Positions 42,685 to 55,235 of a DNA stretch of 64,000 bases are shown piece after piece (the stretch's first letter is position 1; the number at the start of each line of letters is the position of its first letter). The translations under genes were made by a program, and so were the position numbers. The stretch lies in NCBI GenBank assembly GCA_951406725.2, contig OX597814.1, positions 149,172,001 to 149,236,000 on the forward strand. The letters run 5' to 3'. Source of the stretch: Octopus vulgaris. Lineage: Eukaryota. The notes under the pieces were generated by a model. The model was given only the letters and a program-made list of their open reading frames with translations, did not search any database and was not told the origin of the DNA.

Positions 42685-44234
42685 AGCATATTTTTCTGTC
42701 ATAATATCATATATCTGAAGCGAGCTTATATTTACTGAAATGAATATATTTGACAGAATTTAAATTACTCATATTTCGTTTATCGATGTAGGAGAGATGA
42801 AAGGCAAAAATCGAAAGCAGTATGATTTGAACTCTAGATGTAGAACCGCAAAATCAATGATAACAAGGCATCCATTTCAAACCTCTACAACTTCTAATGG
42901 TATTAGATTGATTGGTAGAATCGTTAAAGCGTCGAAAAATGTCTTGCACTATTTCGTTTCTACAATTGCATCCTGAGTTCAAATCCTATCGAAATCAATT
43001 TTTATCATTCTTCTATGAAGTCAAGAATATTTTAAGAACTGATTTTAATAAAAATGGCTAGATACTGCTCCAAAATGTGCAGTATTTTTCGAAGATAGCA
43101 ATACCAGAGGCGTATGAACATTGCTAAAGAGAAGACATTTTATATCTTTTTTCTTGATTCATACTACATCTCTGATCAAGTTTTGCAACTTATCGTTTGC
43201 CAAACAAGGTACACATATAGAAAATCAAAACAGAAAATAATTCAATAGCATGTTTTATAATACAATCAAACCATACGAGCTTCATAATTTATTATGAAAA
43301 TAAAAAGTGGAGAAAAAAAGAGCCAAAGATTTTATGAGTATGGTGTATATTTAATCAAAACCCATAGATCAATTTTACAGAAGGATGATAATAGGGAAGT
43401 ATCCGGGATAATTTGAATTCAAAATGTAATGAAACAACCGATTAAAGTAACATTTCATCTCTCATCCATCGTTTAGTATTTCACAACTCTCATAGATAGG
43501 AATAAAATTTTCTGTTAACCACGATATATTTGTTCGGAATGAATAATCGATTAATCGTTCTCAGTAATTCGCAGATATTTTTTTATGAAAAGCAAAGCAT
43601 TTGAACATCGGAAACGTTTGAACTAAGACTGTAAATATTGTTACCCAATTCCATAATAACATCTCCACTATTTCAATCATTAAATCGACACACTGGGCTA
43701 AAATCGATTTTTAACAATGGCATAAGGGTACACATTATGGGGAGAAGAGTGCATTTAATTAAAACAGCACAGTACTTGACTAGTTTTAGTTAAATACTAA
43801 TAGCCACTGTATGGATGAATGATTACGAAGATGGCTTCACAAACCCAAATTCCCGGATTCAATCTCACTACAAGTCAACTTGGATCAATATGATTTTCCA
43901 GTGCCACGCGTCGACAAGTATCTTGGGAGTGAATCTGCGTAGAAAGATACAGTATAGAACACCTTCAAGAGGATTGAACTTGTATTCCAAAATGTACAGC
44001 ATTTTGACACATATTGTACCACAGCGATTCTGCTAGAGAATGAGATGAAGGGTGCACATGTGTTTGGAAAGCTGTCACATACACGGTCATTTACCAGCAG
44101 TTACTTCAGATGATCGTACAGCTGAATCCTTCTATTCAAACAGTGGCGATCGACCACCACTACCACAATTGTCTTTCAACTTGCAAAGATGAATTGTAAA
44201 GCTGAGCTCAAAACGTAAAGTCTTGTTAACAAAT

Positions 44235-44236
44235 GG

Positions 44237-44285
<49 letters not shown>

Positions 44286-44319
44286 CAGCAGCAGCAGCAG
44301 CAGCAGCAGCGGCAGCAGC

Positions 44320-44390
<71 letters not shown>

Positions 44391-44398
44391 TAGTAGTA
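44235..44398 (+). repeat. Compound (TAG)n(CAG)n(TAG)n microsatellite
   Basis: Direct reading. Confidence 0.95.
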
Positions 44399-44399
44399 A

Positions 44400-45271
44400 G
44401 ATACGACCAAAGAATGGGTTTAATATCGAAAGTGGTAATGGAAGAACTGAAAGAGCGCCTCGTTGCAAAGAAAGCGAAGATTGTAAGATACGACTAAAGA
44501 ATTTATGGTTACCACCAGCATAAGTTATTCAGAGTAGATCAGAACAGATTCTATAACGAAATAAATGGAGAGTGTACAGAGGAAAAGTTGATACCAGATA
44601 ACATTGAAAGTTAAAAGTTTTGGAGTGACATCTGGAGCAAAGACAAGGTGCCTAAGAAGGATGCTGAATGGTTGCAGAAAATGAAACAAACAGTAGTCTG
44701 TCCAAAACAGGTAGAACTAGTCATTTCAGTTAGGGAAGTGAGGGAAATCACCACAAAAATTGGCAACTGGAAGACCTTAGGACCAGATGGAGTTCAAGGC
44801 TAATAAATCAAAAGATTTGGTGAATGTCATGCACAAATAGCTTCACAACAAAACACCTTGTTAAATGCCGACCAAGTAACACCAGAGTGGTTGTCAATGG
44901 TTGGATAATGGAATGTATGAATCTACTTGGTATTGCATCGATTGTTGAACGCTGGAAGAAGTTTAGGGACAAACGAAATCAGGTGAGGCATCTTCCAACG
45001 GGACTGCCTGTCTCTGATTCTTGTACTGTGCATGATACCACTTACACTGATTCTGAGGACAGCAAAGGCTGAGTATGTATTCAAGAGCCGCCAACAAAAT
45101 ATCAACCACTTGTTATTCATAGATGATTTCAAACTTTATGGTAAAGATGAAGCCCATGGAGTCGGGACTGAAAAAGTATGGTGTGTTAGTCTTGAAGAGA
45201 GGCAAAATCAAATGTCTGGACGGGCTAGCGATACCGTCGGGGGAGGTTATGAAGCAGATAGAAGAGACGCG
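44400..45271 (+). mobile_element. R4/Dong LINE RT-region remnant with internal deletions
   Basis: EELKERLVAKKAKIVRY..LFRVDQNRFY..FWSDIWS..NWKTLGPDGVQG..PEWL; GIFQRDCLS; CMIPLTLILR; INHLLFIDDFKLYGK; KYGVLVLKRGK. Confidence 0.85.
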
Positions 45272-45830
45272 CTATTTATGTCGGCACTCGGTCTGCTTAG
45301 GAGGTTGTTGTGTCCAACATATGTGCTGCTTCTTTTAGTTTTCGTTTTTTTCCAGTGGTGTTTTCTGTCAATTATTTTAACTTCATCCTACAGGGGTGGG
45401 GTGATCTCCATTTTTCCATACATGATCAGCTATACCCGATTTCTCAATATCTCCCCGTGTCACAGATTTGCGATGTTCCTCTACCCTTATTTTGAGGGGG
45501 TGGCATGTTTCGCCTTTGTATAACCTAGCACAGCTGCATGGGATGGAGTACACGCAGTTCTTAGTCATACTCTCTTCTATTGATGGTTTTACTCGAAGGA
45601 GATATTTGCGAAATCTTGTATTACTTTTGATACCGTCCTGAGGTCAGAGGAGCCGCATATCTTTTGTATCTTTTCGAAGAGGCATTTCACATATGGTAGA
45701 CAGACTGTAGACAGTTTATCGGTTTCATCCCCTCTTTTCTTCATAATTGGAGTGGAGAGTGTGCTTTAGGGATAGTTGTGCGTTTCTCTACTCTAGGTGT
45801 CAGGAAGACACTTGGCAAGAAAGGGAAACA
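45272..45830 (-). mobile_element. Penelope/Poseidon-type PLE GIY-YIG endonuclease fragment
   Basis: TVCLPYVK..; KNCVYSIPCSCARLYKGETCHPLKIRVEEHRK..KSGIADHVW; EVKIIDRKHHWKK..KLKEAAH. Confidence 0.82.
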
Positions 45831-45903
45831 GAATTGAAAGAAGATGATAATGAAAAATAATGATGATAAATTAATAATAACAATAACAACAACAACAACG
45901 ACG

Positions 45904-45995
<92 letters not shown>

Positions 45996-47745
45996 CATTA
46001 TTTCAAATTTTGGCACAGCATCAGCAATTGGGGAGTAGGTAGTCGATTATATCAATTCCAGTAATAGACCGGACCTATGTGTTGCCCTAAACGACAAAAG
46101 GCTAAGCTGACCTCAGAGCGTAAAGCTGGATGAAGTGAAGCCGAGCATTTTCTCCGATATGCTAACGATTCAGCCATCTCACAGCCCTAGCAACAATCAT
46201 AATGATGAATTTAACATTGACATAGACGCAGAATCAGGAAAGTAGGGATAGTCCATTTAGTAATGTAATAGTACTTAATTTTTTCGGGCTTAGATTCAAG
46301 GAATCAAATTTGATTAACTCAGAATATACCGAAGCGGAATAAATAATGCAAGGATATTTTGTCCATGCACTAATACTTCTTTCAATCTAATTATTAATTC
46401 TTAATATTGGCACAAGACCATCCTTTTTTTAAGGGGTTAGTGCTAGCGATGAAATTGACTCTAGTCTTGGATGTACTTTAGTGTATCGATTATGGAAGGA
46501 TGAATGGAGAAGTTGATCTCTGTGTAGTTATTCCACGAGGAATTTTGTCTCCTTTTCCGTTTCTGATTTTCAATAATAAAATAAATTATTATCACATTTT
46601 TCATATCAGTACTAGTTCAGGCAGTAGAAAGAGTAAAGATAGTAGTTCTTGCATTAATGGCTGTTTCAATAGCATCAAAAACAAAAGCATACATCAATGT
46701 TCAGAATTGTAAGGCAGTGGGTATCCAGCAGCAGAACCTAATATTGATTGAGGCTACAGCAGTGGTAATAACAATAGCACTGCTAGAATGAGTAAGGTGC
46801 AGGAACATGAATAGGAGCTGAAGTAAATGGCGGATTGCATAAACAGCAGTAGAGAATGGAGCAAGAGTAAGAACATCAGCAATAGAAGTAACAGTAGCAG
46901 TAGTGGTAATAATAATAATAGCAGCAAGAATGGTAGAATAAAAAGGATAAACAAATAAGTAATGAAATATCACATGTATGGAACACTATTCATTACACCA
47001 TGGTTATTAACAACAAACTAGTGAGTTTTGTACTTCACTTGGGTGCCAGAGGGATGGATTTTCTTGTACGAAAGTAAATGTTTTATGGGGAAATATGTTA
47101 GGAATTATTGAATAACTATGTAGTATTGTGTCGTAAACTAATATTCATTTGATTCCTGAATATCACTTCACTAATCCCAAGTAATTACAAACAAAAGAAA
47201 ATAGGAATATCCTCTACGTTGTCTTTAAACAGAAGAAAAATAGCAACCTCATAGCTCTCAAAACATACATACATACATACATACATACATACATGCATAC
47301 ATACATACATACATACATACATACATACATAATACATATGAACCTCTGAAAAACATGGTACAAGACGTCTGATGATGGTACAAGACTTCAAGGCTCAAAA
47401 CATTTCATACACCCCCTCGTACATACATACATGCATACATACATACATGCATACATACACACAGACATACATACATACATATGCAATACGTATGAGAATA
47501 CATACATAAAGCAAAACACGCATACATACAAAAATACCTTGTTGAAGTTGAAATTCTAACCTTGAATCTAAGTTAGAAACCGGCTCTTTCTCTATTGACA
47601 CGAACTCTTCAAATAATACTGAACAATGACATACATATATGCATATGAGCATGTCTAGATATGCAACGATATGCATGAGAATACATACATAAAACAAAAC
47701 ATACAATTATCCAAACATGCATACATACATACATACATACATACA

Positions 47746-47779
<34 letters not shown>

Positions 47780-47780
47780 C

Positions 47781-48920
47781 ATTATTACAGCCTCCTGCCA
47801 CCCAGCAATAGTGTTCAAAAACCTAATAAAAGGTATCAGTAAAGGAATATCTTCAAATAAAGATATTTTCTTCAAATAAAGAATTTCGATCTTATCTTCA
47901 AATAAAGATATTTACAATGAGGCGCTAGCGGCCAGCGTGTTAAAGTACCATATATTATATACACCAGGATCGAGCAACCATAAAAGGAAACGCCACCGCA
48001 AGACCTTATGGTTCACTCCCTCCTTCTCCCTAAACGTTTGAACATGCATAGGTAAGATTTTCCTTAAATTTGTTGATAAGCATTTTCATGCTATCACACA
48101 AATATAGAAAGGTCTTTAACAGACATAATTTAAGGATCTATTTCAGTTGCGCACCCAATGTTACGAAAATATTACTTAGCTCTCTTAAACCACGGACAGA
48201 GGCAGGTTCGTCATGCAGAATTAGAAATGAATGCCCAGTGGACGGCCGATGTAATACCGAGGCTACAGTGTACCAAGCAATGGTAGCCTCAAACAAGGGC
48301 AGCACAAATATCAATAACATCAATGCCAAAGCAGGGACACACACGCTAAAATTTATGTCGGATCTAGTGAATCCAAATTTAAAATTAGTCTGAACAACCA
48401 CAGATCTTCTTTTAGGAGAGACGCAACACAACGATACTTACAGCATACATATGGCACCTAAAGGACGATCATACGCCCTTTAGCACCATGTGGAAATTAG
48501 TAGAAACTTGTGGACCCTATAGCAATGGAACAAGGCTAAGCAAATTGTGTGTAGCAAAAACATATATAATACTTATGAACTCAAATGAGCCAGGATGCTA
48601 CCTGAACTCCAGGACGAAAGCCGTTGGGAGTTGTCCACATTATCGGAAATGTTTACTTCAAAACTGGAAAACCTAGCTATCAATCGAAGGAAGACAACTC
48701 GGCCGGCTATAATTTTTCAAGGGCAATATTTCTTCAACTATCACCGGCGTTTTTGTGGTTTTAACAAACATTCTTTGCAGAGAACAGTTATCGCTTAGAG
48801 AAACTGAAGATATGTCTAATCTAGTTCACGCTAAGTATGAAACCAACGGATTTTTTTTCACTAAAAACTGTTACTTTACACATACAGAACTAAACAACTG
48901 GTCTATATATTATAGATTAT
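47781..48920 (+). mobile_element. Penelope-like element (Naiad-like) RT thumb, linker and GIY-YIG remnant plus 3' UTR
   Basis: SCHPAIVFKNLIKGIS..YNEAL..RHRKTLWFTPSFSLNV..IGKIFLKFVDKHF..KVFNRHNLRIYFSCAPN..CRIRNECPVDGRCNTEATVYQA..IYVGSSESKFK..NNHRSSF..LNSRTKAVGSCPH; frameshifted. Confidence 0.85.
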
Positions 48921-48948
48921 GCCCTTTTTCTGATTTATGATCTTATAA

Positions 48949-48990
<42 letters not shown>

Positions 48991-48993
48991 AAG

Positions 48994-49032
<39 letters not shown>

Positions 49033-49145
49033 CAGTTTTATATATATATATATATATATATACTTTATTTAAAGCATATTACTCTACCACTGGTATTTGA
49101 GTACTCTTTTTTTCCACCTTGTTTCACATTTATGTGTTTACTCCG

Positions 49146-49190
<45 letters not shown>

Positions 49191-49545
49191 CCTTTAATGG
49201 AAATGCTGTGTGTATATATGTATATATGTGTGGGTTTGTGTGCGTGTGTATATATGTATATGTGTATGTAAGTATGTATGTACATATGCATGCATGTATG
49301 TATGTATGTGAATGTACGTATATTTATGTATGCATTTTCATGCATCTAGTTGCATATCTAGACATATATTTAAATGATAAAATTCTGAAAAAAATTTTTC
49401 AGATTTTTACAGTTCCAGTGATGGATTGCATCTGTAATCTTCGAATTAGCCTTGTCGTTTCCGGTTTTGAGAAGCCTAATTTCTCAAGATTGTAATTTAG
49501 GCAATGTGTTACATACATAAACCAGGGCCCCAGTATGTATGTATG

Positions 49546-49579
<34 letters not shown>

Positions 49580-49987
49580 TGTATGTATGTATGTATGGAT
49601 GGATGGATGTATGTATGTATGTATGTATTCATGTATGTATGTATGTATGTATGTATGTATGTATGTGTGTATGTGTGTATGTATGTATGTATGTCTCAAC
49701 ATGCTATAAATTGCAACTGAATTTTCTTTTAAAGCGCGTCAACATGTATTGGGAATTATAGATAACAATATATCAATTTATTATCTTGCCATTACAGTTA
49801 TTATATAGTATAAATTTATTATTCTTTGAAATATATAAACTTCAGTGTTGAGGCTTAATGAGTTTCTCTCGGCATAGTGATTCGAATACAAATCTATACT
49901 CTTTTATAGACTCTGCAATGACAAACGGCAGCAAATGTTCACAAGGGATGATAGAATTATGAAATTGGAGCATATATATATTTGGAG

Positions 49988-50084
<97 letters not shown>

Positions 50085-50250
50085 AAGAGGGAGAGAGAGT
50101 TTTTAAAGTAATGTACAGATATTGTATATTTAGAATAAGGTAGTCATAACGTTGGATATCTATGTATATTTTCATTTACATTTTATTTACACTTTTAGGG
50201 CTTTCTTCCCTTATCGGATTCATCAAAAAGTGGCTTAAAGTTAAATTTCT

Positions 50251-50460
50251 TACTCTTTTACTTGTTTCAGTCATTTGACTGCGGCCATGCTGCGGCACCA
50301 CCTTTGGTCGAGCAAATCGACCCGAGGACTTATTCTTTGTAAGCCTAGTACTTATTCTATCGGTCCTTTTTGCCGAAACGCTAATTTACGGGGACGTAAA
50401 TACACCAGCATTGGTTGTCAAGCGATGTTGGGGGGATAAACAGACACACAAACACACACA
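50251..50460 (-). mobile_element. SINE family A 3' half
   Basis: TCTTTTACTTGTTTCAGTCATTTGACTGCGGCCATGC...GTTGTCAAGCGATG. Confidence 0.85.
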
Positions 50461-50465
50461 CATAT

Positions 50466-50519
<54 letters not shown>

Positions 50520-50585
50520 TTTTTTGCGTAATGAGATAAAGAAAAACCAAGGCTGTATAGATATTAGAGCATTTATAAATAGAAG

Positions 50586-50637
50586 GTCTTACACCTATTT
50601 CTAGGATATCAATTAATAATATCCCTACATCGGAGAC
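50586..50637 (-). ncRNA. Degenerate hammerhead-like motif in a PLE-type end (50520 onward)
   Basis: GUCU-CCGAUGU-A-GGGAUAUU..GAUAUCCU-A-GAAA-UAGGUG-UA-AGAC: stems I and II intact, core mutated. Confidence 0.5.
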
Positions 50638-50695
50638 GGTGTGAGAGGAAAAATTAAGTCATAGTTAGTTTCGATGTGCTACAAATAGAGAGTGG

Positions 50696-51330
50696 GGATC
50701 TTTTTCGCTTTGACCGGCAGATTTAATTTCCATGTAACTAAAAAATTTTAAACTTCGTATACTGTTAGAATGTGTTTATAAAACATCTTTTTCACTTGGC
50801 TTTCTTGAGAAAATTCTGTAGTTTGTAAGATATTTTCTTCAATTTCGGCAATTTCAACCAATCAATGACGTCTATTGAGGTGAAAACGATTTCTGCCGTA
50901 GAGTGTAAACAACATTTTCTGGCGGTGTCATATGAAAATGTCACCCATAATTATGACCCTAGTATCGATCTATTGCATTTCAATTTGTTTTAGGGTTAGG
51001 GTTAGTTAGGGTTAGGGTTAGTGGTGGGGGAAGGGTATCTTTTTTCTTCAGAAATGTAAATAAACCCAATCTGTTTCTTAAACGAGGGACATTTTCATAT
51101 GACACCGCCAGAAAATGTTTACGGCAGAGAATGTTTTCACCTCAATAGACGTCATTGATTGGTTGAAATTGCCGAAATTGAAGAAAATATCATATAAACT
51201 ACAGAATTTTCGCAAGAAAGCCAAGAGAAAAGGATGTTTTATAAACACATTCTACCAGTATACGAAGTTTAAAAGTGTTTAGTTACATGGAAATTATTTT
51301 TTAAATCTGCCGGTCAAAGCGAAAAGATCC
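50696..51330. mobile_element. Non-autonomous foldback DNA transposon (Mutator-like) with ~245-bp TIRs and internal TTAGGG array
   Basis: TIRs 50696-50942 and 51088-51330 start GGATCTTTT; imperfect 9-bp TSD AGAGAGTGG/AGAGCGTGA; TTAGGG repeats 50990-51021. Confidence 0.85.
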
Positions 51331-52515
51331 AGAGCGTGAGGTGGAGGAAAGAAAATAGATGTAAGATATGTATGGTTATTGAATTCGTAAATCCGTTTTA
51401 TAGGCATAATGGTATATATGTGTAATATTCCAATATCCTTTGAGTAAAGTCCAAAAGTCCAACAGAGTTTAATATGAGTCCATCAATATGTAGAGTTTAT
51501 AAGCAATGTAAGATTCTCTTAAAGTTGGTCATTCCCAGTAGGGAATTTATATCGAGTGTAGCAGATTCAATGTTTCTGTTTAAACTGACCTAGAAATAGG
51601 TAGTGTATTAGTATGGTCAAATTGAAAAGAGGAAGAGAGGAATGACAAAAAAAAAAATAGAGAAAAAGAGGAGGGAGAAAAAGGAGGAGAGAAAGAAAGA
51701 AGATTAGTGAAAACAAAAAATAAAGTAAAGAATAAAACCCCGAAAGTATGAATAAAAGGAATAAGGACAAAAAAACAAAAAAATTACGATATAGGCTGGT
51801 CAGTGGTCAGGGGAGACAGTTTGAAAATAGGAGTGGGGATAGAGAGAGAAAGGTATTATAGTATAAATGATAGAGGAATGTAGGGGGGTGAGAGGTAGAG
51901 GAAGTACTAAGTGTAGTGGTAACTTTTAATTGTGAGGCAAATATATGAAGAATTGAGAATTAAGGAAATAGCAGTGTTAATTATTCTGAAGACATATTTA
52001 TGTGAAGATGTATATACATTTATATATCAGATAAGTTACAGAGATAAGTTACAAATACAATCCTCGTGTATCATCGTTCCTACATATGCAGTTATCTATA
52101 TTTTGCATGTGTATAAATGTTTACATATACCCACATGCATGAATACATGCATACCCTCACCCGTACATATATACGCGCGCATGGGTGTGTGTGCGTGTAA
52201 ACGAATATAATCAGATGGTTGCATATGTGAGAAACTAGATAGGGGTTATGAGTTAGAGTGTAGATTTATGGGTTAATGGGATTACCTAACGACGGGCTTC
52301 TTTCAGTTTCCGTCTACCAAATCAGCTAACAAGTCATAACATGCCGGCGGGAAATAAGATCAGTAGGTGAGACAAGCTGGCACTGAATCAGCTTCGCTGA
52401 CTTACAGGTGGCGGTCGTTTAGAAAATGCGCGGGCTAAAACTACGCGCCTTCATTAGTCAGTTAAGGTGAGACAGTGTCACGTGACAATTTGCTGAGCTG
52501 CCTACTGGAGACTGA

Positions 52516-52665
52516 GGCCGAGCTGGCAGAATCGTTAGCATGCCGGGCGAAATGCGAAGCCGTATTTCGTCAGCCGTTTCGTTCTGAGTTCAAATTCCGC
52601 CGAGGTCGACTTTGCCTTTCATCCTTTCGGGGTCGATTAAATAAGTACCAGTTACGCACTGGGGT
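52516..52665 (+). mobile_element. tRNA-derived SINE family B
   Basis: GAGCTGGCAGAATCGTTAGC..GAGTTCAAATTCC..GTCGACTTTGCCTTTCATCCTTTCGGGGTCG; decayed copies near 42400-42570, 46010-46180, 54075-54510, 61650-61860. Confidence 0.8.
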
Positions 52666-52779
52666 GTCAGACTCAAACACACACATACACACTCACACAT
52701 AGATATATGTGCACACACACAAGCACACACACACATACACACACACACACATATATTTATGTATATGTGTGTGTGTGCA

Positions 52780-52937
52780 TACGATGGGCTTCTGTCAGTT
52801 TTCTACTAAATTCACTCACAAGGCTTTGGTCGGCCTGAGGTTATAGAAGACATTTGCCCATTTTTGCCATAATTTGGGACTGAACCCGGTACCATGTGGC
52901 TGTGAATTATGTTTCTTACTAATAGCCATACCTGCGT
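52780..52937 (-). mobile_element. SINE family A head fragment
   Basis: CACTCACAAGGCTTTGGTCGGCC..GGGACTGAACCCGG..CCATGTGG. Confidence 0.75.
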
Positions 52938-53014
52938 CTATGTATATATTTATATGCACATGTATGTTCGCCATTAGAAAACACTGCTGCAATTTAAACC
53001 TCTTTGCATTTAAA

Positions 53015-53399
53015 TCTCTCTCTATATAAACGGCAGTTTGTCTGTGCGTGTTTCTGTGTGTCTGTTTTCTCGTACCCTCACCCTGACCACGGCTTTCAAC
53101 CGATTCTGATGAAACTTGACACACACATAGCCCAATGTCATAATTCAAAACTAACGCAGCGAAAATTTTGAAAAGTTCCCCCATTTCTGAAAAAAATCGA
53201 TAAATTCGACATGGGGTCGAGAATGAGAAACCCAAACCACAGACCGTCTAGGGGACGCAACTCCACCTGTTTTAACTCTCAAAAAAAATTTACCATCATT
53301 TTTTTTCCATTTTTTTGCTATTTTTTGGCTATAACTCTCTAAAAATGCTTTATAGTTATTTCCCTTACAAACCTGAGCAACGCCGGGCGATACTGCTAG
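53015..53399 (+). mobile_element. Complete non-autonomous Helitron (~385 bp)
   Basis: A|TCTCTCTCTATATAAA 5' end; subterminal CCTGagcaacgcCGGG hairpin; CTAG|T 3' end; no TSD. Confidence 0.82.
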
Positions 53400-53689
53400 T
53401 CAAATATAATCTTCCCCATTCGATATATAGAGAACGCCAAAATAAGTACAAGCGCCGACGATTTGGTGAACTTCAAGTGGTACACCAGCATGGCTTCAAT
53501 CAGAATCAAGACAGAGAAAGAATGAATATTTCGTACACTAAGATGTCAGAAGCTGTAGCACGTTCGATGGTCAACAATTTTTACAGTATTATGTTTTGTA
53601 CCTCTTTCATAACTCTTGTACCGATATAATATACCAGTGAAATACTACAGTGATAATACTACTAACAAATTACGAATATTTTCGTATGC

Positions 53690-53727
<38 letters not shown>

Positions 53728-53730
<3 letters not shown>

Positions 53731-53846
53731 CCTGCTCGCTTAGCCAGCGAGGTGGCGTCATTCGAAGGCTAAAACAATGCGAACGCATTGTGACCAGCGA
53801 TGTGTAACAACATCTGATGGTCTGGTCGGTCACGTGATCACGTGAT
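53728..53846. repeat. Short GC-richer insert in (TA)n, unclassified
   Basis: Sharp composition boundaries; ends in palindromic TCACGTGATCACGTGA. Confidence 0.5.
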
Positions 53847-54854
53847 ATATATATAGACTCAGAGTAAAAGAGAGAAAAAGAGTGAAGGAATGAGAAAGGG
53901 AAGCAAAGATACCCTTGTTATTTTGGTTGAATTTTTTTTTCTAACGCCACTGCCATTCTGATACAGCAGACCTTGTATGGAAGACTTTTCAACAATGACC
54001 CCGCTGCCCTTTTATAACAGACACATTATATATAGGATTGCCTTATCTAACGTAATATTGAAGTCGGAGTGAATGTAGATTCGTTAGCACGCCAGACAAA
54101 AGACTTACTGAAATTTCTTCCGGCTGTACGTTCTAAGTTGAAAAGTTGCCGAGGTTGACTTTGCATATCATTGTTTCGAGAGCAACATAATAAAGTACCA
54201 GTGTCAAGGACTCGGGCTAACGTAATCGTTTCGCCCTCCCCCCAACAAAAAAAAAAATTCGGGTCGGGCCTGCGCATAGAGCAGACTCGATTATCTACTA
54301 AACGTTTGAAGGCGGTCAACTGGCAGATTCCTTGGCATGTCGGATGAAAAATTCTTAGCGGCAGTTTTTCCGGTTCTATATGTTCTGAGATCGAATTCCG
54401 ACACGTTTATTTTTCATCCTTTCGGGATTGGTAAATAAATCTACTAATTAAAAACGCGATTTAATGTAATCAAACAAATCTTCTCCTTTAAAATTTTGGG
54501 CCATGTGCCTACGGAAATATTTCAATTTTACACTTCAACTTTTTTTGAAGGAAGAAGCTGAAAAGATTTAATGAAAATTTGATCTTCACTTTCCTTCTGT
54601 AACAAGTAGACCAACGACATAGAAGCTACCTAATTATACTATACTAATATATATATATATGTTATATTCTGGTAAATTTATTTCGTCATCCACATATTCT
54701 CTTAACAAGCACCAGAATGTGTCTTTGAATTTACTTCAATTGATGCATCGTTAGAGGCGGAAACAGAAGCAGACATGAATTTGTTGCAGCATATACAGTA
54801 GTAGCTGCAGCTCTAGTAGAAGAAGAAGAAGAAAAAGAAGTGGTAGTAGTAGCA

Positions 54855-55175
54855 CTAGTTGTTTTTGTTGTTGTTGTTGCTGTTGTTAGTGTTATTATTA
54901 CTATCATCATCATCATTATTACTGGGTTTGTAGTTTTGGTTATAACAATACTGGTAATAATAATAATAGCATATAATAATACTAGCAATAATAACAGCAT
55001 CAGCAGCAGTAGCAGCAGTAGTAGTAGTAGTAGTAGTAGTAGTAGTTCTTGTTGTTACTTTTGTTGTTGCTGTTGTTAGTGTTAATATTACTATCATCAA
55101 CACCATTATTACTGGGGGTGTAGCTTTGGTTATAACGATACTAGTAATAGTAGTAAAAGCAGCAGCAGCAGTAGC

Positions 55176-55233
<58 letters not shown>

Positions 55234-55235
55234 AA
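54855..55235. repeat. Tandem duplication (~190 bp) of a compound trinucleotide block
   Basis: GCTGTTGTTAGTGTTA.TATTACTATCATCA..ATTATTACTGGG..TGTAG.TTTGGTTATAAC.ATACT appears twice. Confidence 0.8.

Noticed and set aside
48039-48041. In-frame TGA as selenocysteine in the Naiad-like PLE
   Set aside because: Not at an expected Cys position, likely CGA>TGA decay; copy is frameshifted and no SECIS recognised
48803-48845. Hammerhead in the Naiad-like 3' UTR (CTGAAGA...GAAAC)
   Set aside because: Core words present but stems I and II could not be paired convincingly
50990-51021. Telomere or chromosome-fusion scar
   Set aside because: Only ~5 units, single orientation, enclosed by transposon TIRs
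52360-52509. hAT-like MITE bounded by CAGTAGG/CCTACTG
   Set aside because: Only 7 bp of inverted match and no TSD
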